Assembly (NCBI GenBank): GCA_022843925.1
Contig: JALHMS010000001.1
Location: 328,741-392,740 of the forward strand
Length of the DNA: 64,000 nt
Origin: Burkholderiales bacterium
GTDB taxonomy: Bacteria > Pseudomonadota > Gammaproteobacteria > Burkholderiales > Ga0077523
Direction: 5' to 3'
In this document: positions 19,179 to 29,189 of the stretch, piece by piece
Layout of the letters: each line of letters begins with the position of its first letter
Position numbering within the stretch: position 1 is the first letter of the stretch
The notes under the pieces: generated by a model
Databases searched by the model: none
Told to the model about the DNA's origin: nothing
The model's input: only the letters and a program-made list of their open reading frames with translations
Translations under genes and position numbers: made by a program

Positions 19179-22100
19179 AAAACCCTCTCGATCCCCCCGC
19201 TGTTCGCCTTCTTCACGTACTCGTCCAGCCAGTCCTTCCCGAGCAGGTGCTTCGCCATCTCCACCACGATGTAATCGGCGTCGGTGCCCGAGTCGTCGTT
19301 GTAGCGTGACAGCCCCTGCAGGCACGACGGGCACGATGTCAGGATCTTCACGTCGCCCTTGAAACCGTCGGCGCGGAGCGCGTCGGCGCCCTTCCGCATC
19401 TCTTCTTCCTTCCGGAAGCGGACTTGCGTCGAGATGTCGGGGCGCGTGATCGCGAGCGTGCCGGACTCGCCGCAGCAGCGGTCGTTCTGCTTCACCTCGG
19501 TGCTCATCAGCTGGTTCACGACCTTCAACGGCTGATAGGTCTTCATCGGCGTGTGGCAGGGGTCGTGATACATGTAGCGCACCCCGTCCACGCCCTCCAG
19601 CTTCAGGCCCTTCTCCATCAGGTATTCGTGGATGTCGAGCAGGCGGCAGCCGGGGAAGATCTTGTCGAATTCGTAGCCGGCCAATTGATCCATGCACGTG
19701 CCGCACGAGACGATCACCGTCTTGATGTCGAGGTAGTTCAGCGTGTTCGCGACGCGGTGGAACAGCACGCGGTTCTCGGTCGAGATCGCCTGGCCCTTGT
19801 CGGCCTGACCTGCCGACGTCTGCGGATAACCGCAGCACAGATAGCCCGGCGGCAGCACGGTGATCGCGCCGACTTCGTAGAGCATCGCCTGCGTCGCGAG
19901 GCCCACCTGGCTGAAGAGGCGTTCGGAGCCGCAGCCCGGGAAGTAGAAGACGGCGTCGGACTCCTCGTTCGTCTTCGCCGGATTGCGGATCACCGGCACG
20001 ACGGTCTTGTCCTCGATGTCGAGCAGCGCGCGCGCGGTGCGGCGCGGCACCGATTTCGGCATCGGCTTGTTCAGGAAGTGGATCACCTGCGCCTTGATCG
20101 GCGGCTTGCCGAGCGTGGACGGCGGCTGCTTCGTCTGCCGCTGCACGAGGCCGAGGCGCTTCGCCCAGCCGTGCGCGAAGCGCTGGGCCTTGTAGCCCCA
20201 GTCGATCATCACCGTGCGCGCGAGCTTGATCGTCGCGGGGTCCGTCGCGTTCAGGAACAGCATGGACGCCGCGGTGCCCGGATTGAACTTCTTCTTGCCC
20301 TGCGTGCGCAGCAGGTTGCGCATGGCCATCGACACGTTGCCGAAGTCGATGTCGACGGGGCACGGGTTCGCGCACTTGTGGCATACGGTGCAGTGGTCCG
20401 CGACGTCGCCGAACTCGTCGAAGTGGGCGAACGAGATGCCGCGTCGCGTCTGTTCCTCGTACAGGAACGCCTCGATCAGCAGCGACGTCGCGAGGATCTT
20501 GTTGCGCGGCGAGTAGAGCAGGTTCGCGCGCGGCACGTGCGTCGCGCACACGGGCTTGCACTTGCCGCAGCGCAGACAGTCCTTGATGGAATCCGAGATC
20601 TCGCCGATCGCGCTCTGTTCGAGGATCAGACTCTCGGTGCCGAGCAGGCCGAACGACGGCGTGTACGCGTTGTCGAGGTTCGCGCCCGCGAGCAGCTTGC
20701 CGGCGTTGAAGCGGCCGTGCGGATCGACGCGTGCCTTGTAGTCGCGGAACGCCGACATCTCGCCGGGTTCGAGGTAATCGAGCTTCGTGATGCCGATGCC
20801 GTGCTCGCCGGAGATCACGCCGCCCAGCGACTTCGCGAGCGACATGATGCGCGACACGGCGGCGTTGGCCTCCTGCAGCATCCCGTAGTCGTCGGAGTTC
20901 ACGGGGATGTTCGTGTGCACGTTGCCGTCGCCCGCGTGCATGTGCAGAGCGACGAACACGCGGCTCTTCAGCACGCGCTTGTGGATCGCCTCGATCTCGC
21001 CGCGGATGCCGTCGAACGCGCGGCCGTCGAAGAGCTGCATCAGCGGTTCCCGCACTTCCGTCTTCCACGACACGCGCAGCGAGTAGTCCTGCAGCGCGCG
21101 GAAGATCGTCTCGTACGCGGGCCGGCCGGCTTCCGCGGAGCGGCGTTCGATCGACCGGCCGAGGCGCACTTCGGCGTCGACCAGCGGGTCGTCGAGATGG
21201 TCCAGCAGCCACTGCCAGCGGTCGCGCGTCTCGTGGCACAGCGCTGCGGCCTGCTCGGGCCGCTGGCCCAGCATCTCGGCGCCGGCGACACCTTCCTCGC
21301 CGCCCTGCGTCACGCGCAGCGTCCCGCCGAAGAAGCCTTCCAGCGCTTCCATCAGGCGGATCTTGTTGCGCAGGGACAGCTCGATGTTGATGCGCTCGAT
21401 GCCGTCGGAGTACTCGCCCAGGCGCGGCAGCGGGATCACGACGTCCTCGTTGATCTTGAAGGCGTTCGTGTGCTTCGCGATGGCCGCGGTGCGGGCGCGG
21501 TCGAGCCAGAACTTCTTGCGGGCTTCCGGCGTGACGGCGACGAAGCCTTCGGCGCCGCGCGCGTTGGCGATGCGGACGATCTGGGAGGCCGCGGACCCGG
21601 CGGCATCGGCGTCGTCGGAGGCGATGTCGGCGAGCAGCACCATCTTCGGCCGGCCACCGCGCTTGGCCTTCGCGGCGTAGCCCACGGCGCGGACGTAGCG
21701 TTCGTCGAGGTGTTCGAGGCCCGCGAGCACCGCGCTCGCGTGGCTGTCCATGTACGCCTTGATCTCGACGATCGACGGCACGGCGTCGCGCACCTGTCCG
21801 TAGAACTCCAGGCACACGGTGCGCGTGTGCTGCGGCATGCGGTGCAGGATGAACGTGGCGCTCGTGATGATGCCGTCGCAGCCTTCCTTCTGGATACCCG
21901 GCAGGCCCGCGAGGAACTTGTCGGTGACGTCCTTCCCGAGACCCTGCTTGCGGAAGCGGCTGCCGGGGATGTCGAGGATCTGCGCGGCGCCGTCGGCGGT
22001 ACGGCCGTCGGCACGGAAGCGCTGGATGGAGAAGCGCGCGAGCGGCGCGTCGTGGATCTTGCCGAGGTTGTGGTCGAGGCGCGTGACCTCCATCAGCCGC

Positions 22101-23044
22101 CCCTCGGGGTCCACCATGCGCCACGACGCGAGGTTGTCGAGCGCGGTGCCCCACAGCACGGCCTTCTTGCCGCCGGCATTCATCGCGACGTTGCCGCCGA
22201 TGCACGAGGCGTCGGCCGAGGTCGGGTCCACCGCGAAGACGAGGCCCTGCGCCTCGGCCGCTTCCATCACGCGCCGCGTGACGACACCGGCGCCGCAGGT
22301 GATCGTCGGCACGGGATTGTCGACGCCCGGCAGCGCACGCCGCTCCACGGCGCCCAGCGCTTCCAGCTTCTCGGTGTTGATGACCGCGGACCGGTCGGTG
22401 AGCGGGACGGCGCCGCCGGTGTATCCGGTGCCGCCCCCGCGCGGGATGATCGTGAGTTCCAGCTCGATGAGGCCGCGGACCATCTCGGCGACCTCCTCCT
22501 CGGTGTCCGGGTACAGCACGACGAACGGGTAGGCCACGCGCCAGTCGGTGGCGTCGGTCACGTGCGAGACGCGGGCGAGGCCGTCGAACGCGATGTTGTC
22601 CTTGCGGGTGGTGCGGGAAAGGCGGCGCATCACGCGCTTGCGCAGCGCGGCGGTCTCGTCGAACCCGCGTTCGAAGCGTTGCACCGCCTCCCGCGCCAAT
22701 TCCAGAAGGGCACCGACGCGTGGATCATCGGAGTTGCGGCGCTTCTGGATCTCGCCCAAGCGGTGGTTGAGCGCCTCGACCAGTGCCGTGCGGCGCTCGC
22801 GGTGCTGGAGCAGGTCGTCCTCGAGATAGGGGTTCCGGCTCACCACCCACATGTCGCCCAGCACCTCGTACAGCATGCGGGCGGAGCGCCCGGTGCGGCG
22901 CTGCGCGCGGAGATCGCCGATGAGACTCCACGCCTTTTCGCCGAGCAGGCGGATGACGATCTCGCGGTCGGAGAACGACGTGTAGTTGTAGGGGATTTCG
23001 CGGAGGCGCGTGACGGTGTCGGGCGCGAGGTCGAGCAGATTCAA
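19172..23044 (-). CDS. fused DUF3683 / FAD-binding (GlcD-like) / Fe-S (GlcF-like, CCG-domain) oxidoreductase
   Basis: 1290 aa. N-terminus [16 protein letters not shown] (DUF3683-like). FAD domain [16 protein letters not shown] and [10 protein letters not shown]. 4Fe-4S motifs [11 protein letters not shown] and [15 protein letters not shown]-type motifs [11 protein letters not shown] and HDPCHTPMK. Confidence 0.9.
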   Translation of the reverse strand: MNLLDLAPDTVTRLREIPYNYTSFSDREIVIRLLGEKAWSLIGDLRAQRRTGRSARMLYEVLGDMWVVSRNPYLEDDLLQHRERRTALVEALNHRLGEIQKRRNSDDPRVGALLELAREAVQRFERGFDETAALRKRVMRRLSRTTRKDNIAFDGLARVSHVTDATDWRVAYPFVVLYPDTEEEVAEMVRGLIELELTIIPRGGGTGYTGGAVPLTDRSAVINTEKLEALGAVERRALPGVDNPVPTITCGAGVVTRRVMEAAEAQGLVFAVDPTSADASCIGGNVAMNAGGKKAVLWGTALDNLASWRMVDPEGRLMEVTRLDHNLGKIHDAPLARFSIQRFRADGRTADGAAQILDIPGSRFRKQGLGKDVTDKFLAGLPGIQKEGCDGIITSATFILHRMPQHTRTVCLEFYGQVRDAVPSIVEIKAYMDSHASAVLAGLEHLDERYVRAVGYAAKAKRGGRPKMVLLADIASDDADAAGSAASQIVRIANARGAEGFVAVTPEARKKFWLDRARTAAIAKHTNAFKINEDVVIPLPRLGEYSDGIERINIELSLRNKIRLMEALEGFFGGTLRVTQGGEEGVAGAEMLGQRPEQAAALCHETRDRWQWLLDHLDDPLVDAEVRLGRSIERRSAEAGRPAYETIFRALQDYSLRVSWKTEVREPLMQLFDGRAFDGIRGEIEAIHKRVLKSRVFVALHMHAGDGNVHTNIPVNSDDYGMLQEANAAVSRIMSLAKSLGGVISGEHGIGITKLDYLEPGEMSAFRDYKARVDPHGRFNAGKLLAGANLDNAYTPSFGLLGTESLILEQSAIGEISDSIKDCLRCGKCKPVCATHVPRANLLYSPRNKILATSLLIEAFLYEEQTRRGISFAHFDEFGDVADHCTVCHKCANPCPVDIDFGNVSMAMRNLLRTQGKKKFNPGTAASMLFLNATDPATIKLARTVMIDWGYKAQRFAHGWAKRLGLVQRQTKQPPSTLGKPPIKAQVIHFLNKPMPKSVPRRTARALLDIEDKTVVPVIRNPAKTNEESDAVFYFPGCGSERLFSQVGLATQAMLYEVGAITVLPPGYLCCGYPQTSAGQADKGQAISTENRVLFHRVANTLNYLDIKTVIVSCGTCMDQLAGYEFDKIFPGCRLLDIHEYLMEKGLKLEGVDGVRYMYHDPCHTPMKTYQPLKVVNQLMSTEVKQNDRCCGESGTLAITRPDISTQVRFRKEEEMRKGADALRADGFKGDVKILTSCPSCLQGLSRYNDDSGTDADYIVVEMAKHLLGKDWLDEYVKKANSGGIERVLL

Positions 23045-23104
23045 GGGGCGGGACTTCCATGGAGCGGGCGTCGATTCTAGCCCGTGGTGTTGCGCTGCGG
23101 CGAA

Positions 23105-23503
23105 TCAGGCGAGCGCGGCCACCACGAGGTAGCGCGCCAGCTTTGCGGCCCCGATGGACGCGGCCGAGAGCCAGGGGTTCAATCGGAGCCAGCCGGCGCC
23201 CACACATAGCGCATCGCCGACCACCGGCAGCCAGCTTGCGAGGAGCGCCAGCACGCCCCACCGGCGCACCCAGGCGATGCCGCGCGGGACCTTCCGATCG
23301 GGCACGAGCCTGCCCAGGAGGTAGGAGGTCATCCCGCCGAGCGTGTTGCCGGCGGTGGCCGTCGCGACGGCCGTCCAGATCAGCGTCGGGTGTTCGCGCA
23401 CGAGGGCGAAGAGGACCACCTCCGACGCGCCGGGCAGGAGCGTGGCCGAGACGAAGCTCGACACGGCGAGCCCCGCGAGGCCGGTGCCGGTATCCACGGG
23501 CAA
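23105..23503 (-). CDS. yqaA: YqaA-family (DedA/SNARE-associated-like) membrane protein
   Basis: 132-aa hydrophobic ORF. SATLLPGASEVVLFAL...AGNTLGGMTSYLLGR matches the YqaA family as I recall it. Confidence 0.75.
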   Translation of the reverse strand: MPVDTGTGLAGLAVSSFVSATLLPGASEVVLFALVREHPTLIWTAVATATAGNTLGGMTSYLLGRLVPDRKVPRGIAWVRRWGVLALLASWLPVVGDALCVGAGWLRLNPWLSAASIGAAKLARYLVVAALA

Positions 23504-23527
23504 GCGTCGCCGCGACCGGCAGGGCGA

Positions 23528-24241
23528 CTACGGGAGGAGGACGCCGAACACTTTCCGCACGAGCTTCTTTCCGGAGTCGAGCGGGTTCTCCCTGATGACC
23601 TTCTCCTCCTCGGCGAGCGTGACGAAGAGGCCGTCCATCGCCTTCCGCGCCACGTACTGGTCGAGGTCGGCATCCTCCCCGCGCACGAGGCCGAAGGGCA
23701 CGGCGCGGTTCGCGATCTTGTTGTAGGCCTCGGCGAGACGCAGCCGCTTGGTGGCGCTCGCGACGATGGGCACGAAGCGGCGGACCAGTTCGTCGGACGT
23801 CTTCGCGCGGAAGAACTGCGTCGCAGAGTCCTCCGGGCCGGTGAGGATGGTCTTGGCGTCCTCGATGGTCAGCGTGCGGATCGTGTTCATCAGCAGCGAT
23901 CGCGCTTCGGGCACGGCCTGCTCGGCCGCGCGGTTCATCGTGTTCACGAGCTCCTGCGCCTTCGTGCCGAGGCCCACGGCACGCAGCGCGCCCTCCACCT
24001 TGGCGAGACCGCTGGGCAGCGGGATCCGCACCTTGTCGTTGCCGAGGAATCCGTCGACCTGACCCAGGCGGCGGACGGTGTGACCCGCGGCGATCTCGAG
24101 GGCCTGGCGCAGTGCGGCGGCGACTTCGTTCTCGCGCAGGGATTCCAGGGTGGGTTCGGCGGCGAGCGCCGACCTGGCCGTGGCGGCAGCGGTCGACAGC
24201 AGGGCGAGGGCGGTGAGGCAGTGGCGGCGGGTCGGGTTCAT
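23528..24241 (-). CDS. DUF4197-domain exported protein
   Basis: 237 aa with a Tat-like N-terminus MNPTRRHCLTALALLSTAAATA. GFLGNDKVRIPLP and the helical repeat body are typical of DUF4197. Confidence 0.75.
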   Translation of the reverse strand: MNPTRRHCLTALALLSTAAATARSALAAEPTLESLRENEVAAALRQALEIAAGHTVRRLGQVDGFLGNDKVRIPLPSGLAKVEGALRAVGLGTKAQELVNTMNRAAEQAVPEARSLLMNTIRTLTIEDAKTILTGPEDSATQFFRAKTSDELVRRFVPIVASATKRLRLAEAYNKIANRAVPFGLVRGEDADLDQYVARKAMDGLFVTLAEEEKVIRENPLDSGKKLVRKVFGVLLP

Positions 24242-24340
24242 GGCGGGAGGATATCGCGGGGTTCCGAGGTCGCAAAGGCGCGGTCGCGAAACGCCGGCGT
24301 GCTGCGGACTCGGAGAGGGACTCCAGCTAGACTGCGCCCC

Positions 24341-25294
24341 ATGGAGAGGTCAGCAGAATTCAGCCGCATGCACGTGACCATCCGGCAGCTCGAGGTGTTC
24401 GAGGCCGTGGCCCGGCTGGGGAGCATCGTGCGCGCAGCCGAGGCGCTGCATCTCTCGCCGCCTGCGGTCTCGATGCAGTTGAAGCAACTGGCGGAGAGCG
24501 TGGACCAGCCGCTGGTCGAGCAGATCGGCAAGCGGCTCTTCGTCACACCGGTCGGCGAGGAACTGCTGCGCACCGCCCGCGCGATGTTCGAGACCTGGCG
24601 CGGCTTCGAGCGGGCCGCCGCGGATCTCCGGGCCTTGCGCAGCGGTTGCGTGCGCCTGGCCTGCACGGACTCCGCGGCCGGGTTCCTGCCGCGGTTCGTC
24701 GATGCCTTCCGTGCGCGCCACCCCGGGGTCGCCGTGCAGCTCGAGGTGGCACCACGCGACGTCGTCGTCGAACGGCTTGCCGGCAATGCCGACGACCTCT
24801 GCATCCTCGATGTTCCCCCGGCGCAGTTCGACATCGCCTGCCATCCGTTCCTCGCGAATCCGCTCGTGCCGATCGCGGCGCGCGATCATCCGCTCGCCGC
24901 CCGCAAGCGCATTCCGCTCGCGAGGTTTCTCGAGGAGCCGATGCTCGTGCGGGAGCGCGGATCGGGCACGCGGCTGGTCTTCGAGCGGTTCCTGCGGGAT
25001 CAGGGTGTCACGCCGGCCGCGTGGACGGAACTGGACTCGAACGCCGCACTGATCGCGGCGGTGGCCGCCGGGCGTGGCGTGGGCGTGATCTCACGGCTGG
25101 CGCTGCCGGACCAACCCGCCGCGGCGGGCGTGTGCGTGCTGCCGGTTCAGTCCCTGCCCGTCGAGGCCGCCTGGCATGCCATGCACCCCGGCGGCAAGAA
25201 GCTCTCTCCGGCGGCGCTGGCGTTCCTAGAACATCTGAGCAGCCCGGGAGCCGGTCATTCCTCCGGCGGATTGCAGTGGCGCGACCAGTCGTAG
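24341..25294 (+). CDS. LysR-family transcriptional regulator
   Basis: ATG at 24341 (alternative 24368). HTH IRQLEVFEAVARLGSIVRAAEALHLSPPAVSMQLKQLAE and a LysR substrate-binding body. Divergent from the DUF4197/yqaA unit. Confidence 0.9.
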   Translation: MERSAEFSRMHVTIRQLEVFEAVARLGSIVRAAEALHLSPPAVSMQLKQLAESVDQPLVEQIGKRLFVTPVGEELLRTARAMFETWRGFERAAADLRALRSGCVRLACTDSAAGFLPRFVDAFRARHPGVAVQLEVAPRDVVVERLAGNADDLCILDVPPAQFDIACHPFLANPLVPIAARDHPLAARKRIPLARFLEEPMLVRERGSGTRLVFERFLRDQGVTPAAWTELDSNAALIAAVAAGRGVGVISRLALPDQPAAAGVCVLPVQSLPVEAAWHAMHPGGKKLSPAALAFLEHLSSPGAGHSSGGLQWRDQS

Positions 25295-25626
25295 ATGAAG
25301 TCGAAGGCGACCTTGCGGCGGATGCCGTACTTCCGGATCTGCATCATCGCGGCCTCGTCGGTGCCCACCTTGGTGATCTTGCGTCCGTAGCCCACGGCGT
25401 CGAGCGAGCCCACGAGGACGTCGCCGGCCACCAGCGTCAGCGGGGTGAGACGCATCGCGATCCCGTGACCCGCCGCGTTCCTGGTCACGACGAAGTCGCA
25501 CTTCTCGTCGGTCCAGGCGACCTCCATCTCGATCGGGTCGGCCGCGGTGGCGCCGCCGGCCATCGTCAGCCCGATGACTGCCGCCAGCGCCGCGAGGCGC
25601 CGAGTTGCTCCGTTGGCGCGCTTCAT
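25255..25626 (-). CDS. small exported protein of unknown family, paralogue A
   Basis: 123 aa with signal-like N-terminus MKRANGATRRLAALAAVIGLTMAGGATA. Its start overlaps the stop of paralogue B (ATGA). The 90-aa mature region has 71/90 identities to paralogue B by my hand count. Confidence 0.65.
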   Translation of the reverse strand: MKRANGATRRLAALAAVIGLTMAGGATAADPIEMEVAWTDEKCDFVVTRNAAGHGIAMRLTPLTLVAGDVLVGSLDAVGYGRKITKVGTDEAAMMQIRKYGIRRKVAFDFIYDWSRHCNPPEE

Positions 25627-26018
25627 TCTTCGGGCGGGTTGCAGTAACGCGACCAGTCGTAGATGAAGTCGAAGGCGACCTTGCGGCGGATCCCGTACTT
25701 GCGGATCTGCATCATCAACGACTCCTCCGTGCCGACCTTCGCGATCTTGCGGATGAAGCCGATCTGGTCGAGCTCGCCGTCCAGTCGATCGCCGGCCACG
25801 AGGTCCATCGGGGTCATCCGCATCGCGATGCCGTGGCCGGCCTCGTTCTTCGTCACGATGAAATCGCACTTCGGGTCCGTCCATGCGACTTCCATGGTCA
25901 GTGCCTGCGCGCCGTGCGCGACGGCTAGGAGCAGCGCGCCGACGATCGCGCGGCGCAGGGCCCGTCGCGGTGAACCGGCACTGGACCGGCGGGGACGGGC
26001 GGGTGGAACGATCGACAT
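25623..26018 (-). CDS. small exported protein of unknown family, paralogue B
   Basis: 131 aa with GGAGG 8 nt upstream of the ATG at 26018. Arg-rich signal-like N-terminus ...SPRRALRRAIVGALLLAVAHGAQA. C-terminus MMQIRKYGIRRKVAFDFIYDWSRYCNPPEE. Confidence 0.65.
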   Translation of the reverse strand: MSIVPPARPRRSSAGSPRRALRRAIVGALLLAVAHGAQALTMEVAWTDPKCDFIVTKNEAGHGIAMRMTPMDLVAGDRLDGELDQIGFIRKIAKVGTEESLMMQIRKYGIRRKVAFDFIYDWSRYCNPPEE

Positions 26019-26142
26019 CGGGGACAGCCTCCGGGAATGCGTGCAGGACGGGAATCGAGCCGGCCGCCGAAGAATACTCGAAGGGGCCGCGCTCCTGACC
26101 GCGCGCACGCCGGAAAGTGCGGGAAGCGAAAGTGGGCCCGCC

Positions 26143-26148
26143 TATAAT
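26143..26148 (+). promoter_or_regulatory. candidate -10 box (TATAAT) for uvrD
   Basis: Perfect TATAAT 29 nt upstream of the GTG at 26177. No good -35 element seen. It lies downstream of the track start (26117), which argues for the shorter uvrD. Confidence 0.35.
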
Positions 26149-26176
26149 CCCGGGCTTCCCATCGCGCCGGCACCCT

Positions 26177-28399
26177 GTGAACGCTTCCCTTCTCGACGGC
26201 CTCAATCCCCAGCAGCTCGAAGCGGTCACGCTGCCCGACACGTCCGCGCTCATCCTCGCCGGTGCCGGCAGCGGCAAGACGCGCGTGCTCACGTCGCGCA
26301 TCGCGTGGCTCATCCAGACCGGTCGCGCCAGCCCCTCGGGCCTGCTCGCAGTGACGTTCACGAACAAGGCGGCAAAGGAGATGCTCACCCGCATCTCGGC
26401 CATGCTGCCGATCAACACGCGCGGCATGTGGGTCGGCACGTTCCACGGCCTTTGCAACCGGCTGTTGCGTACCCATCATCGCGAGGCCGCGCTGCCGCAG
26501 GCGTTCCAGATCCTCGACTCCGCCGACCAGCTCTCGGTGGTCAAGCGGGTGATGAAGTCCATGAACCTCGACGACGAGAAGTACCCGCCGCGGCAGGTGC
26601 AGTGGTTCATCGCCAACCAGAAGGAACACGGTCTGCGGGCGTCCCAGGTGGATCCCGCCGACGAATTCGAGCGTCGCCTCGTGCAGGTGTACGAGATGTA
26701 CGACCAGCAGTGCCAGCGCGAGGGCGTCGTCGATTTCGCCGAGCTGCTGCTCCGTGCCCACGAGCTGCTTGCGCGCAACGAGATCCTCCGCGAGCACTAT
26801 CGCGCGCGCTTCCGTCACATCCTGGTGGACGAGTTCCAGGACACCAACAAGCTCCAGTACGCGTGGCTCCGGCTGCTCGCGGGCCGCGACAACCTCGTGT
26901 TCGCCGTGGGCGACGACGACCAGTCCGTCTACCGGTTCCGCGGGGCCGAGCCCGGGAACATGCTCAACTTCGAGCGCGATTTCCCCGCGTCCAAGGTCAT
27001 CAAGCTCGAACAGAACTACCGCTCGCACGGCAACATCCTCGACGCCGCGAACGCGCTGATCGCGCACAACCGCACCCGCCTCGGCAAGAACCTGTGGACG
27101 GCCGAGGGCAGCGGCGAACCGTTGCGCGTGTACGAGGCCGCGTCCGACGGCGACGAGGCCCGGTACATCGTCGAGGAGGTCCGGAGCCTGCGGGCCGAGG
27201 GCGTGCGCATGACCGACATCGCGCTGCTCTACCGCTCGAATGCGCAGTCGCGCGTCCTCGAGCACGCGCTCTTCAGTGCCGGACTCGCGTATCGCGTCTA
27301 TGGCGGCCTGCGGTTCTTCGAGCGCCAGGAGGTGAAGCACGCGCTCGCCTATCTGCGCCTCGTGGCGAACCCCGAGGACGACGGCGCGCTGCTGCGGGTC
27401 GTGAACTTCCCCACGCGCGGCATCGGCGCGCGCTCGCTCGAACTGCTGCAGGAGACCGCGCGGGCCCAGGGCACGAGCCTGTGGCAGACGGCGTGCTCGT
27501 CCCCGCCGGGCGGCAAGGCCGGGACGTCCATCGGCGCATTCGTCCGGTTGATCGAGGGCCTGCGGCATTCCGTGACCGGGCTGCCGCTCGCCGAGATCGT
27601 CGAGACGGTCGTCGAGGGCAGCACGCTGAAGGATCACTACCGCACCGAGAAGGAAGGGGCGGAGCGCGTCGAGAACCTCGACGAACTCATCAACGCCGCC
27701 ACGACGTTCGGAGCCGAGGAGATCTACGATGCCTCGGCTCCGGAGGGCGGTGCGGTGGATCCCAACGATCCGATGGCGATGCTGAATGCCTTCCTGGCGC
27801 ACGCAGCGCTGGAGGCCGGGGAGCATCAGGCCGGCGTCGGCGAGGACGCCCTGCAGCTGATGACCGTGCATTCATCGAAGGGCCTGGAGTTCCATGCCGT
27901 CTTCGTGAGCGGCATGGAGGAGGGCCTCTTCCCGCACGAGAACAGCCTGTCGGAGGAGGACGGTCTCGAGGAGGAGCGCCGCCTGATGTACGTGGCGCTC
28001 ACGCGGGCGCGACGGCGCCTGTACCTCACGCTCGCGCAGTCGCGCATGCTCCACGGGCAGACGCGCTACCACATCCGGTCGCGCTTCTTCGACGAGATCC
28101 CCGAGCCGCTCCTCCGGCGCGTCAATGCGCCGCCGATGCGCGGGATGGGATCGCCGGGCATGGGCGGTGGCACGGTGCCGTTCGGCGGGTTCGGCGGCTA
28201 CACGGGAGCGACGTCGGCGACGGCCGCGGCGACCGCGAGCGGCTGGCGCGTCGGGCAGAACGTGATGCACCCGAAGTTCGGCGCCGGTGTCATCGTGAAC
28301 GCTGAAGGCCGGGGCGCCGACGCCCGGGTGCAGGTGAACTTCCGCGACTCCGGCCTGAAGTGGCTGGCGCTGGAGTACGCGAAGTTGAGCGCGGCCTGA
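26177..28399 (+). CDS. uvrD: DNA helicase II (UvrD), SF1 helicase
   Basis: LLDGLNPQQLEAV, Walker A AGAGSGKTRVLT, DEFQDTN and VHSSKGLEF motifs. GTG at 26177 preferred; the track start at 26117 is also a GTG. Confidence 0.9.
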   Translation: MNASLLDGLNPQQLEAVTLPDTSALILAGAGSGKTRVLTSRIAWLIQTGRASPSGLLAVTFTNKAAKEMLTRISAMLPINTRGMWVGTFHGLCNRLLRTHHREAALPQAFQILDSADQLSVVKRVMKSMNLDDEKYPPRQVQWFIANQKEHGLRASQVDPADEFERRLVQVYEMYDQQCQREGVVDFAELLLRAHELLARNEILREHYRARFRHILVDEFQDTNKLQYAWLRLLAGRDNLVFAVGDDDQSVYRFRGAEPGNMLNFERDFPASKVIKLEQNYRSHGNILDAANALIAHNRTRLGKNLWTAEGSGEPLRVYEAASDGDEARYIVEEVRSLRAEGVRMTDIALLYRSNAQSRVLEHALFSAGLAYRVYGGLRFFERQEVKHALAYLRLVANPEDDGALLRVVNFPTRGIGARSLELLQETARAQGTSLWQTACSSPPGGKAGTSIGAFVRLIEGLRHSVTGLPLAEIVETVVEGSTLKDHYRTEKEGAERVENLDELINAATTFGAEEIYDASAPEGGAVDPNDPMAMLNAFLAHAALEAGEHQAGVGEDALQLMTVHSSKGLEFHAVFVSGMEEGLFPHENSLSEEDGLEEERRLMYVALTRARRRLYLTLAQSRMLHGQTRYHIRSRFFDEIPEPLLRRVNAPPMRGMGSPGMGGGTVPFGGFGGYTGATSATAAATASGWRVGQNVMHPKFGAGVIVNAEGRGADARVQVNFRDSGLKWLALEYAKLSAA

Positions 28400-28421
28400 G
28401 CGCCCGGAGCACGCCGACCTG

Positions 28422-29189
28422 TCAGGCGTCTGCGGTGGGCGGCGTCCCGAAGATGTCGCGATAGCTCGCGTAGACGGTGGTCATCAGCAGCGGCATCAGC
28501 ATCCAGAACGCGAATTCGGTCGCGCCCTGGATCGGCATCCCCAGGGCGGCACCGCCGAGGAAGAGGCCCGAGCCGATCGCGCCGATCACGACGCCGTACA
28601 GCATGAACGCCGGGGTGTTGCGCAGCACGGCCGCGAGCGATGCGCGGAGCGCCTGGGAGGCCTTCAGCCCGTCGAGCACGATCGCGAGCGGCGCGAACCA
28701 GATGGCGAGGCCGAGCGGCAACGCCACCGCCACCATGATCATGAACGCCACGAACATGCGGCTCTCGAGTTCGGCCGCCTGATCGGGTGTGATCGATGCC
28801 GGATTCGTCTGCGACTGGAAGAGAAGATCGCCACCCAGCGCGAGCAGCAGCAGGATCTGCAGCACGATCCCCATGAGGTTCACCCCGCCGATCGTGGCGA
28901 GATCCCGGACGCGATCGCGGAAGCCCTCGAACAGCATCGTGACGGGGATCGACTCGCCGCGGTCCGCCGCCCGGCAGGCCAGTGCCCAGCCCCCCATGAT
29001 GACCGGCAGCATCACGCCGACCGCCAGCATGAGGGCCGGGTGGACGCCGCTCACCTTCACGATGGCCCACGTGACGATCGTGAAGACGATCCACGTCAGC
29101 GGCTTCCTCCGGAAGAGGCTCCAGCCCGCGACGATCCAGTGCCAGCCCCGTGCGGCAGCCACCCGGCGGGGGACGGCGTCCCCGGTCAT
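28422..29189 (-). CDS. BPSS1780-like / DUF2189-like polytopic membrane protein
   Basis: In-frame Met at 29189 (MTGDAVPRRVAAARGWHWIVAGWSLFRRKPLTW) followed by several TM helices. The start overlaps the thrB stop by 4 nt. Confidence 0.65.
   Translation of the reverse strand: MTGDAVPRRVAAARGWHWIVAGWSLFRRKPLTWIVFTIVTWAIVKVSGVHPALMLAVGVMLPVIMGGWALACRAADRGESIPVTMLFEGFRDRVRDLATIGGVNLMGIVLQILLLLALGGDLLFQSQTNPASITPDQAAELESRMFVAFMIMVAVALPLGLAIWFAPLAIVLDGLKASQALRASLAAVLRNTPAFMLYGVVIGAIGSGLFLGGAALGMPIQGATEFAFWMLMPLLMTTVYASYRDIFGTPPTADA

Larger units (their letters stand above)
25255..26018 (-). repeat. tandem gene duplication, period 368 nt
   Basis: An identical 43-nt run gcgaccagtcgtagatgaagtcgaaggcgaccttgcggcggat occurs at 25281-25323 and 25649-25691. 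The flanking 3' coding sequence is near-identical. Confidence 0.8.

Noticed and set aside
19424-23080. 1218-aa plus-strand ORF covering the whole giant oxidoreductase gene in antisense
   Set aside because: The product is Arg/Ala/Gly/Asp-rich low-information sequence ([20 protein letters not shown]...) with no recognisable motif. The opposite strand encodes a protein with many canonical motifs. Long stop-free antisense frames are expected in high-GC, GC3-biased genes.
23390-25294. 634-aa ORF implying a very long LysR protein
   Set aside because: The first roughly 317 aa are antisense to yqaA and the DUF4197 gene. The LysR HTH begins right after the Met at 24341/24368, giving a normal protein of about 317 aa.
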